Source of the DNA: an uncultured Acidobacteriota bacterium
GTDB lineage: Bacteria > Acidobacteriota > Thermoanaerobaculia > UBA5066 > Gp7-AA6
Reading direction: 5' to 3'
Assembly (NCBI GenBank): GCA_963738945.1
Contig: CAVTYD010000003.1
Span: forward strand, 601,385 to 665,384
Length of the DNA: 64,000 nucleotides
Position numbers and translations under genes: made by a program. Position 1 is the first letter of the stretch, and every line of letters starts with the position of its first letter. Below are positions 50,673-62,759 of the stretch, one piece after another. The notes beneath the pieces were generated by a model. That model ran no database searches. It worked only from the letters and a program-made list of their open reading frames with translations, and was not told the origin of the DNA.

Positions 50673-52558
50673 GGCGTCTGGCGGAGCGAGGCCCGCGCCA
50701 CGCCGGGCGCGGCCGGGACGGAGGTGCGGAGGCCCGGCGCGGGAGCGGCCCTGGGAACGATGCCGAAGCGGGCTTCGACGAGCGCCTTGGCGAGGGGCGC
50801 CGCCGCGAGATTGCCGTGTCCGCCGTTCTCGACGAAGACGACGATGACGATCTGCGGATCGTCGATCGGGGCGAACCCGACGAACCAGGCGTGCGTATCG
50901 AGCTTCGCCTTGTCGGCTCCGGCCTTGATGGCCGTGTCGTGCCCGACGACCTGCGCGGTCCCGGTCTTGCCCCCCATCTCGACGCCCTGGACCCGGGACC
51001 CGTAGGCCGTGCCGCCGGCCTCGTTGACGACCGCCCACATCCCGTTCTTGACGATGGCGAGCTTGTCGGGAGCGAGCGTCGGGCCCTGGCGATACTCGGT
51101 CTTGTAGCGCAGCTGCGCGCCCGTCTTCGGATCCTGCGAGGAAAAGAAGAGGTGGGGCGTCGGCAGGCGCCCGTCTTCGAGCAGGCCCGAGAGCCCCCGG
51201 GCAAGCTGCATCGACGTCACGAGGACCGGCCCCTGGCCGATCGCGACCGAGATCGTCTCGCTCGGGTACCAGCGCGAGCCCCGCTTCTCGCGCGCCCACT
51301 GCTCCGACGGAACGAGCCCGGACTTCTCGAAGGAGAGGTCCACTCCGGTCGGCGAGCCGAAGCCGAAGCCCGTGAGGATCTCGTTGATCCGGTCCACGCC
51401 GAGCTTCATGCCGAGGTTGTAGAAGTAGACGTCGCACGACTCCTTGATGGCGTCGCGCAGGTTGACGAGCCCGTGGCCTCCCTTCTTGTGGCAGTGGAAC
51501 TCGCGGCCGTAGAAGGTGGCATGGCCCGGGCAGAAAATCTTCGCCTCCGGATCGACGAGGCCGCGGGCGAGCGCGCCGTAGGCGATGAAAGGCTTCACGA
51601 CCGAGCCGGGCGAATACATGTTCTGGATCGCCCGGTTCTGAAGCGGCCGGTCGGGATTCTCGAGCAGGCCGTTCCACTCTGCGGTCGTCACGCGGCGCGT
51701 GAACCAGTTCGGATCGTAGGAGGGCGACGAGACCAGCGTCAGGATCTCGCCCGTCCGGGGATCCATCGCCACCACCGAACCGACCCGGTTTTGGAAATAC
51801 TCTTCGGCGATTTCCTGCAGCTTCGAATCGAGCGTCAGGAAGAGGTTCTGTCCCGGGATGGCCTCGAGACGCGCCTCCTCGGCGACCTCGCGGCCGTGCG
51901 AGTCGACGATGACGCGGCGCTCGCCGCTCACCCCGGCGAGAAGCCGCTCGTAGGCGCTCTCGATGCCCTTCTGGCCGATCCAGTCGCCGACGCCATAGGC
52001 GTTGCCGGCGTTCTTGATCTGCTCGGGCGTCGCCTCGGCAAGGTAGCCGAGCGCGTGCGCGGCCGATCCCCCGTGCTTGTAGAGGCGCCGCTGAGAGACG
52101 GTGACCGCAAACTCGGGATGCTCCGCGGCCCGAGCCTCGACCGCCGCGACCTCCTCGATGCCGAGGTTCTCCGCGATCGGGATCGGAACGAACTCGGGGT
52201 CGCGGCGTCCCCGCTCGACGCGAAAGCGCACCTGGTCGCGGTTCAAACCGAGGAGGTCCACGATGAAGTCGACCGAGGCGTCGAGGTTCCTGGCCTCGCG
52301 CCGATAGAGGTGAAGCGTGTAGGCGGGCTCGTTTTCGACGAGCGCCGCGCCGTTGCGGTCGAGGACGTAGCCGCGCGGAGCCGTGATCTTGACCGCCCGG
52401 ATGCGATTGTTCTCGGACAGCGAGAAGTAGTACTCGCCGCGCACGATCTGCACGGTCCAGTACGCGACCGCCAGGAGCGACAGGATCGTCCCGACCGCCA
52501 CGCGAGCGATCTCGATCCGCCGCGCCACGGCCTGGCGGTCTTCCCGGATCCTCAGCAC
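50669..52558 (-). CDS. mrdA: Penicillin-binding protein 2
   Basis: APRG.VLDRNG, PGSVVK (SxxK), SCD.YFY, GKTGTAQ; located in the mre operon. Confidence 0.95.
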   Translation of the reverse strand: MLRIREDRQAVARRIEIARVAVGTILSLLAVAYWTVQIVRGEYYFSLSENNRIRAVKITAPRGYVLDRNGAALVENEPAYTLHLYRREARNLDASVDFIVDLLGLNRDQVRFRVERGRRDPEFVPIPIAENLGIEEVAAVEARAAEHPEFAVTVSQRRLYKHGGSAAHALGYLAEATPEQIKNAGNAYGVGDWIGQKGIESAYERLLAGVSGERRVIVDSHGREVAEEARLEAIPGQNLFLTLDSKLQEIAEEYFQNRVGSVVAMDPRTGEILTLVSSPSYDPNWFTRRVTTAEWNGLLENPDRPLQNRAIQNMYSPGSVVKPFIAYGALARGLVDPEAKIFCPGHATFYGREFHCHKKGGHGLVNLRDAIKESCDVYFYNLGMKLGVDRINEILTGFGFGSPTGVDLSFEKSGLVPSEQWAREKRGSRWYPSETISVAIGQGPVLVTSMQLARGLSGLLEDGRLPTPHLFFSSQDPKTGAQLRYKTEYRQGPTLAPDKLAIVKNGMWAVVNEAGGTAYGSRVQGVEMGGKTGTAQVVGHDTAIKAGADKAKLDTHAWFVGFAPIDDPQIVIVVFVENGGHGNLAAAPLAKALVEARFGIVPRAAPAPGLRTSVPAAPGVARASLRQTP

Positions 52559-52604
52559 GCCGCACCCCCGGTGGACGCCGGTCCGAGGCTTGCTCCCGGC
52601 GGCC

Positions 52605-53108
52605 TCACCGCAGCCTCCGCAGGCGGCGCCGCTGCCACCACTCCCGCCACGGGAAGTTCCGGGCCGATTCCAGCGCGCCGCCGGCGATGCCCGTCGCCGC
52701 CGCCCGCCACAGAGCGCCGCGCGTCAGGATCACGATCGGCGACTGCGCGAGCAGGGCGGCGAGGAGCGCGACGATCGCCTCGTTGGCGAGAGAGGCGACG
52801 AAGAGCGCCGCGCCGACGGCGAACGCTCCCCCGAACACGACCCGCATCGAGACGACCGTCAGGGCATATCCCAGCGCCGCCTTCGCGAACGCGTTCATGC
52901 CGATGAGGGGCTGCGAAAGCGCGTCCTCGATCGAGCCGGCGACGGCTCCCGTCAGCACGGCCCGGACGAAGTCGCCGCTCCGCGCCACGGCCGCCGTCGC
53001 GAGCAGGAACCAGTCGACCGGGAGGAAGGACCGGTACGGCGAGCGCCCGACGAACAGCTCCAGCACGGCCGCTGCCGCCACCAGCAGAGCGATGCGGTTG
53101 ACCTTCAC
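52605..53108 (-). CDS. mreD: Rod shape-determining protein MreD
   Basis: Hydrophobic 167-aa ORF between mreC and mrdA; G...DALS...IG.NAF motif; GTGA overlap with mreC. Confidence 0.8.
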   Translation of the reverse strand: MKVNRIALLVAAAAVLELFVGRSPYRSFLPVDWFLLATAAVARSGDFVRAVLTGAVAGSIEDALSQPLIGMNAFAKAALGYALTVVSMRVVFGGAFAVGAALFVASLANEAIVALLAALLAQSPIVILTRGALWRAAATGIAGGALESARNFPWREWWQRRRLRRLR

Positions 53109-53989
53109 TTCACCGCGCTCCGTCCGGCCTCCGGGCCCTCCTTCGTCGCCGGCGAAGGCGCGAGCAGGAGGACGTCCGTCAGGCGAGAGAAGTCCGCCGA
53201 GGGAGTGACGCGGACCTCGAGGAAGAGCTTGCTTCCCCGCGATACCGAGTCGACGCGGCCGATCGGGACTCCCCGCGGATAGATGCCGTCGATCCCGGCC
53301 GACTCGATCAGGTCGCCCCGGGCGACCGAGGACGTCGTCGCGATGTTGTTCAGCACGAGCGCGCCGTGGCCGTCGCCGCGCACCACGCCGAGCTCTCCGG
53401 TCCGGGCGATCCGGGCGCCCGCGGCGGCGGAAGCGTCGAGCAGCAACTGGGCGCGCGAGACGCCGCGGCCCACGGTCACGACGCGGCCCACGAGGCCCGC
53501 CGGCACCGCGAGCGGAGAGCCCGGCGCCACGCCGTCGGACGAGCCCGCTCCGATCAGGACGCTGTGGGCTCCGGCGCGCTGCTCCAGAAGCAGAATCGGC
53601 ACGCTGCCGAGCACGCCCGGAAGGGACGAGCCCCCTCCGAGCAGCCGCCGGTCCTCGCCACTCTGGAGCGCCTCCGCGCGCAGGCGAAAGAGCTCCCGCT
53701 CGCGCGCATCGAGATCGCGGCGCAGGCGCTCGTTCTCCTCCCGGACCGAGAAGAGCTCGAGCGTCCGCCCGACCGTTCCGGAGACGCCGTGCGAGACCGC
53801 GCCGACGGACGCCGCGACCGGCGCCGACAGGGACAGGAACCACGACTGCAGCACGCTCCCACGGCCGCCCCGCGCCGGAGCCTGGGCGGAAAGGAGCAGG
53901 ACGCAGGCCACGAGGACGGTCGCGAGCACGGCCCCGCCCCGTCGGGGGTTGACGGCGGCGATCTCGACGCGGGCGCTGGAGGGTCTCAT
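53105..53989 (-). CDS. mreC: Rod shape-determining protein MreC
   Basis: N-terminal TM, coiled coil (EENERLR), GLVGRV, SAG.DGIYPRG.PIG.V. Confidence 0.9.
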   Translation of the reverse strand: MRPSSARVEIAAVNPRRGGAVLATVLVACVLLLSAQAPARGGRGSVLQSWFLSLSAPVAASVGAVSHGVSGTVGRTLELFSVREENERLRRDLDARERELFRLRAEALQSGEDRRLLGGGSSLPGVLGSVPILLLEQRAGAHSVLIGAGSSDGVAPGSPLAVPAGLVGRVVTVGRGVSRAQLLLDASAAAGARIARTGELGVVRGDGHGALVLNNIATTSSVARGDLIESAGIDGIYPRGVPIGRVDSVSRGSKLFLEVRVTPSADFSRLTDVLLLAPSPATKEGPEAGRSAVK

Positions 53990-54011
53990 GGATCGGGATA
54001 CCGGGCTCGGG

Positions 54012-56508
<2,497 letters not shown>

Positions 56509-56636
56509 AAACTCCCGAAACTGCGGGACTTACCCCCATCGCTTATAGCACAACTGCGCGCGCACCGCAGTGATCCGAGGTCTTCGGCGCGCCGCGCGCG
56601 AAGGTTCCGGCGGCCTGCGCTCGAGCCGATCCGCCT

Positions 56637-56645
56637 GCTATAGTC
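56637..56645 (+). promoter_or_regulatory. Extended -10 promoter element for ppiD-ruvAB
   Basis: TGCTATAGT (TGn-TATAGT) about 36 nt upstream of the ATG, which has a GGAGG RBS. Confidence 0.55.
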
Positions 56646-56681
56646 GCGCGTTCTCGAACGTTTCGCCCGGAGGATTTCTCG

Positions 56682-58640
56682 ATGCTCAAGACGATGCGCA
56701 ACAGCTTTCACCAGTTGAAGTGGACGCTGTTTCTGGTGATCGCGGTCTTCATCCTGGGGTTCGTCTTCTGGTCGGGGTCGGGCTCGGACCAGGACAAGGG
56801 CAGCCAGATCGTCGCCCAGGTGGGCAACGAGCGCATCACCGCCGTCGAGTTCGACCGGCAGTACCGCGCCCAGGTGGAGCGCTATCGCCAGATGTATCAG
56901 GGCAACTTCTCTCCCGAGCTCGAGCGGGCGCTCGACCTGCCGCGCAACGTCCTCGACGCGATGATCGAACGGATGCTCCGGCTCGAGGCCGCCAGGCGGC
57001 TCGACCTCCACGTCTCCGACCAGGAGCTCGCCCAGAAGATCGTGGCGCTTCCGTACTTCCAGGAAAACGGCCAGTTCATGGGCCGCGAGAAGTACGAGAA
57101 GATGCTCCGCTCGAACGGCATCCTGCCCGACCGCTTCGAGGAGGAGCTGCGCGAGGACCTGCTCCTCGACAAGTACTCCAGCATGGTCAAGGCCTCGGTC
57201 GTCGTGCCCGAGCAGGAGATCGCGCGCGAGTTCGCGGCGCGCAACGACAAGGCCACCATCGAGTACATCGTCGTGCCGGCGGCGCGCCTGGTCTCCAACG
57301 TGCAGCCGACCGACGCCGACCTCCAGACCTACCTCGACCAGCACAAGGACCGTTACCGCGCCCCCGTCCAGCGCAAGATCAAGTACCTGCTCATCGACCG
57401 CGCGCGCGTCCGGTCGAAGATCCAGCCGACCGACGCCGAAATCAAGGCCGTCTATGAGCAGCGCAAGGACACCTTCACGGTCCCCGAGCAGGTCAACGCC
57501 GACCACATCCTGATCGCGGTCAAGCCCGACGCCGGCGCGGCGGCGGATGCGGCGGCTCGGGCGAAGGCCGAGAGCATCGCGGCCCGCGCGAAGCAGCCCG
57601 GCGCCGACTTCGCCCGGCTCGCCAACGAGAATACCGACGACCCGAGCGGAAAGACGACGGGCGGCAAGCTGCCCCCCTTCTCCCACGGCCAGATGGTCCC
57701 CGAGTTCGAATCGGCCGCCTTCAGCATGGCGCCCGGAGAGATCCGGGGACCGATCAAGACGCAGTTCGGGTACCACATCATCAAGGTCGAGTCGAAGACT
57801 CCGGCGCGCACCCGGTCGCTCGAAGAGGCCCGCCCCACGATCGTCGCCGAGCTCACGGAGAAGCAGTCCGCGGCGGAGCTCGATCGCCGGGCGAAAGAGC
57901 TCGCCGAGAAGCTCGCCGGGTTGCGCTCGGCCTCGGACGACGACCTGCGCAAGCTTCAGAACGACGTGGTCACGTACAACACGACCGAGTGGGCCGCGCG
58001 CGGCGACGCGATTCCGGGCATCGGCACCAACCAGAAGTTCGCGGACGAGGCCTGGAACACTCCGCTGCTCAAGATCTCCGCCACTCCCGTCACGACGGGG
58101 CGCGGGATCGTCTTCGTCCGCCCTTCCGAGGAGCGGGCGGCCGGGGTGCCGCCCTTCGCCGAGATCAAGACGAAGCTCGATGCCGACTGGAGAGCCGAGC
58201 GGCGCGAGAAGGACGCCCTGGCGCAGCTCGAGCCGGCCGCGAAAGAGCTCGCCGCGGGAACGACTCTGGCCGTGCTCGCGGGCCGCTATGGCAGCGAGGT
58301 CAAGACGACGACCGACTTCGGCCCGTCGGGGCCGATCCCCGATCTCGGCACGGCGCCGGAGCTCGCGGCCGCCGTCTTCCGCACGAACGCCGGCCAGGCC
58401 GGCCCGCCGGTCGCGGTTCCGAGCGGCTTCGTTCTCTTCCGCGTCCTGACCCGCACCGAGGCGAACAAGACGACGTTCGAGGCGCAGAAGGATCAGCTGC
58501 GCGATTCGATCCGGACGCGCGAGGCCGACCGCCTGAGCCGCGCGTATCTCCAGCAGCTGCGGTCGACGCGCCGGGTCGAAGTCAACGAGCCCCTGCTCGC
58601 GTCGTTCCTGCACGACACGGGCAGCAACCGGCGCAGCTAG
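56682..58640 (+). CDS. ppiD: Periplasmic chaperone/PPIase PpiD (SurA N-terminal plus parvulin)
   Basis: N-terminal TM; ADHILI, DFA.LA...TDD, GG.L, MVPEFE.AAF, KTQFGYHIIKV. Confidence 0.88.
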   Translation: MLKTMRNSFHQLKWTLFLVIAVFILGFVFWSGSGSDQDKGSQIVAQVGNERITAVEFDRQYRAQVERYRQMYQGNFSPELERALDLPRNVLDAMIERMLRLEAARRLDLHVSDQELAQKIVALPYFQENGQFMGREKYEKMLRSNGILPDRFEEELREDLLLDKYSSMVKASVVVPEQEIAREFAARNDKATIEYIVVPAARLVSNVQPTDADLQTYLDQHKDRYRAPVQRKIKYLLIDRARVRSKIQPTDAEIKAVYEQRKDTFTVPEQVNADHILIAVKPDAGAAADAAARAKAESIAARAKQPGADFARLANENTDDPSGKTTGGKLPPFSHGQMVPEFESAAFSMAPGEIRGPIKTQFGYHIIKVESKTPARTRSLEEARPTIVAELTEKQSAAELDRRAKELAEKLAGLRSASDDDLRKLQNDVVTYNTTEWAARGDAIPGIGTNQKFADEAWNTPLLKISATPVTTGRGIVFVRPSEERAAGVPPFAEIKTKLDADWRAERREKDALAQLEPAAKELAAGTTLAVLAGRYGSEVKTTTDFGPSGPIPDLGTAPELAAAVFRTNAGQAGPPVAVPSGFVLFRVLTRTEANKTTFEAQKDQLRDSIRTREADRLSRAYLQQLRSTRRVEVNEPLLASFLHDTGSNRRS

Positions 58641-58671
58641 CCTCGCCGCGCGCGAACGCGAGCATCGGCGC

Positions 58672-59262
58672 ATGATCGGACGCTTGACGGGCCGCCTCGC
58701 GGCGAAGGCGCCCGACCAGGTCCTCCTCGACGTCGGCGGCGTCGGGTATCTCGTCCACATTCCTCTCTCGACGTTCTACGAGCTGCCCGAGACCGAGAGC
58801 CCGGCGTCGCTCTGGGTTCACACACACGTGCGGGAGGAGGCGCTGGCGCTCTACGGCTTCTTGACCGAGCGCGAGCGCACGCTCTTCCTGATGCTCCTCG
58901 GCGTGACCGGGATCGGTCCGCGCGTCGCCCTGACGGTCCTCTCGGGAATTCCGCCGGCCGAGCTCGTCGACGCGCTGCGCGGCCAGGACGTGCGGCGTCT
59001 GGTCGCGGTTCCCGGAGTCGGAAAGAAGACGGCCGAGCGGATGGTCCTCGAGCTCGCGGAAAAAGTGGCGAGCCTCCCGGGCGAGTCTCCGGCCCGGCCC
59101 CCGGCGGCGGCCGCGGCGAACGACGTCGTGTCGGCGCTCGTGAACCTCGGCTACCGCAGGAACGATGCCGAGCGCGCGGTGGACGCGGCCGCGCGCGCCG
59201 GCGGCAGCCGCGAATTCGGCGACTTCCTGAAAGAGGCGCTCCGGCGGCTGACGTCGGGTTGA
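58672..59262 (+). CDS. ruvA: Holliday junction branch migration protein RuvA
   Basis: MIGRLTG, DVGGVGY, LYGF...ER..F, GIGPR, VPGVGKKTAERM.LEL, ALVNLGY. Confidence 0.96.
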   Translation: MIGRLTGRLAAKAPDQVLLDVGGVGYLVHIPLSTFYELPETESPASLWVHTHVREEALALYGFLTERERTLFLMLLGVTGIGPRVALTVLSGIPPAELVDALRGQDVRRLVAVPGVGKKTAERMVLELAEKVASLPGESPARPPAAAAANDVVSALVNLGYRRNDAERAVDAAARAGGSREFGDFLKEALRRLTSG

Positions 59263-59332
59263 TTTCGGGAGGCCGCTCTCTGCCGCCGTCGTCCGCCGTC
59301 CGTCTCCGTCACCGGCGGTAGACTGAGGCCGC

Positions 59333-60355
59333 TTGACTGAGCCCAGCGAGATCCTGGCCGGCACCGCTCTCGAGGACGACGCCGCCGTCGAGCCGAAGCT
59401 GCGCCCCCAGCACCTCGGCGAGTACATCGGCCAGACGAAGGTTAGAGAAAACCTCTCGGTCTTTCTCTCGGCGGCCCGGGGCCGCGGCGAGCCCCTCGAC
59501 CACGTCCTGCTGACGGGTCCCCCCGGCCTCGGCAAGACCACGCTCGCGCACATCGTGGCGCGCGAGATGGGCGCCGGCCTGCGCCTGACGGCCGGGCCGA
59601 TGATCGCCCGCGCGGGCGATCTGGCCGGCATCCTGACGAACCTCCAGCCCCGCGACGTGCTCTTCGTGGACGAGATTCACCGCCTCTCGCCCTCGGTCGA
59701 GGAGATTCTCTATCCCGCGATGGAGGATTTCCGGCTCGACGTGCTCATCGGCGAGGGGCCCATGGCGCGGACGATGAAGGTGGACCTCCCTCCCTTCACG
59801 CTCGTCGGAGCGACGACGCGCCCGGGCCTGCTGTCCCAGCCGCTCCACGGCCGTTTCGGAATCACGCTGCGGCTCGACTTCTACGATGTCGACGCCCTCG
59901 CGCAGATCATCGCGCGCTCGGCGAACATTCTCTCGATCCGCATCACGCCCGACGCCGCGCGCGAGATCGGCTCGCGCAGCCGCGGCACGCCGCGAATCGC
60001 CAACCGGCTGCTGCGCCGTCTCCGGGACTTCGCGGAGGTCGCCGGCAAGGACGAGATTGACCTCGAGACGGCGCGCCGCGCGCTCGCCCGCCTCGAGGTC
60101 GACGAGCACGGCTTCGACGAGCTCGACCGCCGCATCCTGTCCACGATCATCGAGAAGTTCGGGGGCGGTCCCGTCGGCGTCGGCGCCATCGCGGCCTCGC
60201 TCGGCGAGGACCGCGGAACGCTCGAGGACCTCTACGAGCCGTATCTCCTCCAGGCGGGATTCCTTCAGCGCACGCCGCGCGGCCGCGTGGCGTCGCCCGC
60301 CGCCTACCGGCACCTGGGGCTCCTGGCGCCCAAACGAGACGGCGAGCTGTTCTAG
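59333..60355 (+). CDS. ruvB: Holliday junction helicase RuvB
   Basis: [55 protein letters not shown]...RTPRGR. Confidence 0.97.
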   Translation: MTEPSEILAGTALEDDAAVEPKLRPQHLGEYIGQTKVRENLSVFLSAARGRGEPLDHVLLTGPPGLGKTTLAHIVAREMGAGLRLTAGPMIARAGDLAGILTNLQPRDVLFVDEIHRLSPSVEEILYPAMEDFRLDVLIGEGPMARTMKVDLPPFTLVGATTRPGLLSQPLHGRFGITLRLDFYDVDALAQIIARSANILSIRITPDAAREIGSRSRGTPRIANRLLRRLRDFAEVAGKDEIDLETARRALARLEVDEHGFDELDRRILSTIIEKFGGGPVGVGAIAASLGEDRGTLEDLYEPYLLQAGFLQRTPRGRVASPAAYRHLGLLAPKRDGELF

Positions 60356-60363
60356 TTCCGAGG

Positions 60364-61287
60364 ATGAAGCGCGGCCTCCTCGTTTACAACCCGACCGCCG
60401 GGCAGCGCGATCGCCGCGGCCAGATGAGTGCGCTCATCGACCGCCAGCGGCAGCGGGGCCTGGAGCTCGTCAACGCGCCGACGAGCGGACCGGGCGACGC
60501 CACCTCCATCGTCCGAACGTTTCTCGCGCGCGGACTCGACGTCGTCGCGGTCTGCGGCGGCGACGGCACGATCTCGGAGGCCGTGTGGGGCCTCGAGGGC
60601 TCGGCGGTGCCGCTCGCGGTCCTGCCGGGAGGCACGTCCAACGTGCTCGCCATCGAGCTCGGTATTCCGACGGACCTCTCCCAGGCCGAGTCGCTCCTCG
60701 TCGACGGAGTACCCCACGCGCTGAGGCTCGCGCATGCCGACGGCCGGCCCTTCCTGCTCTGGGCGGGGGCGGGCCTCGACGCGCGGATCATGGGGAACAT
60801 GCGCTTTGCCTGGAAACGCTTCTTCGGCCGGGTCGGGATTCTGCCGACGGCGCTCTCCCAGTTCCTGCGGTACGACTTTCCGCGCCTCGAGGTCACGATC
60901 GACGGCACGATCCACACCGCGACCTTCGCCGTCGCCTGCCGCGCGAGGCACTACGCCGGCCGGTGGGTCATCGCGCCGGAGGCGCGACTCGACGCCGACC
61001 ACTTCGACGTCCTCCTCTTCTCGCACCGCAGCCGGCGCAAGCTCGCGGCCCTCTTTCAGCTCATGGCCGCCGGGCGGGCGGGCCATCTGAAGAACGGCCT
61101 CGCGCGAATCGTGCGGGGGCGCGACGTCGCGATCCGCTCGCTCGACGGCGCCGTCGAGGTCCAGGTGGACGGGGACTGCGTCCTCTCGACGCCGATCGCC
61201 TGCCGTGTCGGCACGGAGACGGTCCACGTCCTCGTGCCGAAACGCTCCCCGTCCCCCGCGCCGGCCGGCGAGACGAGGAGCGCCTGA
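60364..61287 (+). CDS. Diacylglycerol/lipid kinase family protein (DAGKc)
   Basis: VYNPTAG, CGGDGT, LPGGTSNVLA, GAGLDA, QVDGD. Confidence 0.88.
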   Translation: MKRGLLVYNPTAGQRDRRGQMSALIDRQRQRGLELVNAPTSGPGDATSIVRTFLARGLDVVAVCGGDGTISEAVWGLEGSAVPLAVLPGGTSNVLAIELGIPTDLSQAESLLVDGVPHALRLAHADGRPFLLWAGAGLDARIMGNMRFAWKRFFGRVGILPTALSQFLRYDFPRLEVTIDGTIHTATFAVACRARHYAGRWVIAPEARLDADHFDVLLFSHRSRRKLAALFQLMAAGRAGHLKNGLARIVRGRDVAIRSLDGAVEVQVDGDCVLSTPIACRVGTETVHVLVPKRSPSPAPAGETRSA

Positions 61288-61296
61288 GAGGCGAGG

Positions 61297-62730
61297 CTAC
61301 TTGTTCTTGCCGGACTGAACGGTCCGCTCGACCTCCGCGACCTCGCGCGGCGCACCGCACGAGAGGCAGTCGTAGCCGTCCTTCGTCACCAGGACCGTGT
61401 CCTCGATCCGCACGCCGATGTTCCACCACTTCGGGTCGACACCCGCGGTGTTGGCCGGAATGTAGATGCCCGGCTCGATCGTGAAGACCATGCCGGGCTC
61501 GAGCGCCCGCGACTTGCCCCCGGGCACGCCGTAGCCGCCCGCGTCGTGGACGTCCAATCCGACCCAGTGCGAGACGCCATGGAGCGTGAAACGGCGATGC
61601 CCGCGGCTCTTGATCAGCGTCGCCGCATCTCCGGAGAGCAGGCCGAGCTTGATCAGCCCCTCGGTCTGCACGAGCGCGCACTTGTTCTCGATCTCGTCGT
61701 GGCCGATGCCGGGCTTGACGATCGCCATGGCCTGCTTCTGGGCGTCGAGCACGATCTCGTAGATCGCCTTCTGCTCGGGCGAGAAGTGGCCGTTGACCGG
61801 ATACGTCCTCGTGATGTCGGTGGCATACATGCCGTACTCGGCTCCCGAGTCGTCGAGCAGCACCTCGCCGTCTTTCATCTGACGGCTGCTCTGATCGTAG
61901 TGGAGGATGCACGAGTTGGGTCCCGACCCCACGATCGATGGATAGGCCATGCGCCGCGCGCCGTTGGCATCGCAATAGCCGTCGAGCGCCGCCTGGACTT
62001 CGAACTCCCACTTGCCGGGAGCGGCCGCCTGCATGGCGCGGATGTGGCCCTGGGCGGACATCTCCGCGGCCCGGCGCATGAAGCGCAGATCCTCGGCATC
62101 CTTGACGAGGCGCATCTCGTGGATGATCCCGCGCGCGTCCACGACGGCCGCCGGCCCCATGTCATGCGACCGCATGCCGGCGACGAGCTTCTGGACGCTC
62201 GCCGCCCACTCCGTATCGTGTCCGTCGGAAAGGTAGAGGTGCTCGACGCCGAGGAGATAGCCGGACGGCGTGAAGGTCGCCATGTCGAAGTGCGAAAGCT
62301 TGTCGTCGAAGTCCGAGAGCGGGAACGCCGCGTCGGCCCGGTATTCGGCCACCGCCTCGTTCGGACCCACGCGCACGCCGGCCCACGCCTCGCGACGCAG
62401 GTCGCGGGGACGCAGGAAGAGGACGTACTTCTTGCCGTCCGGGGCGTCGGGCCGCAGCACGGCGGTGACGTCGTCTTCGAGGATGCCGGTCAGGTAGTAG
62501 AAGTCGTTGTCCTGCCGGTAGAGGTATTCCACGTCGTTGGTCATCGTGCGCATGGGGGCCGAGCGCAGGATTGCCACCGAGTGCGGGGGAAGCTGCGCCA
62601 TGAACTTCTCGCGCCGCGCCTGAAAGGCCGCCGGGTCCGGGGTCAGCGGAGCGAAGTCCAGGGCGGCGGAAACGCTCGCGGCGGCGAGCAGGGCGAGGAC
62701 GGGCAGGATCCGGGTTCGAAGGACTCTCAC
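61297..62730 (-). CDS. Secreted Xaa-Pro aminopeptidase (PepP-like, M24B)
   Basis: GTG start with GGAGG RBS; signal peptide; YRQDNDFYYLTG, LHY, DITRTYP, HGVSHWVGLDVHD, TIEPGIY, GVRIED. Confidence 0.9.
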   Translation of the reverse strand: MRVLRTRILPVLALLAAASVSAALDFAPLTPDPAAFQARREKFMAQLPPHSVAILRSAPMRTMTNDVEYLYRQDNDFYYLTGILEDDVTAVLRPDAPDGKKYVLFLRPRDLRREAWAGVRVGPNEAVAEYRADAAFPLSDFDDKLSHFDMATFTPSGYLLGVEHLYLSDGHDTEWAASVQKLVAGMRSHDMGPAAVVDARGIIHEMRLVKDAEDLRFMRRAAEMSAQGHIRAMQAAAPGKWEFEVQAALDGYCDANGARRMAYPSIVGSGPNSCILHYDQSSRQMKDGEVLLDDSGAEYGMYATDITRTYPVNGHFSPEQKAIYEIVLDAQKQAMAIVKPGIGHDEIENKCALVQTEGLIKLGLLSGDAATLIKSRGHRRFTLHGVSHWVGLDVHDAGGYGVPGGKSRALEPGMVFTIEPGIYIPANTAGVDPKWWNIGVRIEDTVLVTKDGYDCLSCGAPREVAEVERTVQSGKNK

Positions 62731-62759
62731 GCAACCTCCATTCGTGTCGGTGAAGCGAC

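Noticed and set aside
58672-60355. ruvAB without adjacent ruvC
   Set aside because: A common arrangement; ruvC may lie elsewhere in the genome.
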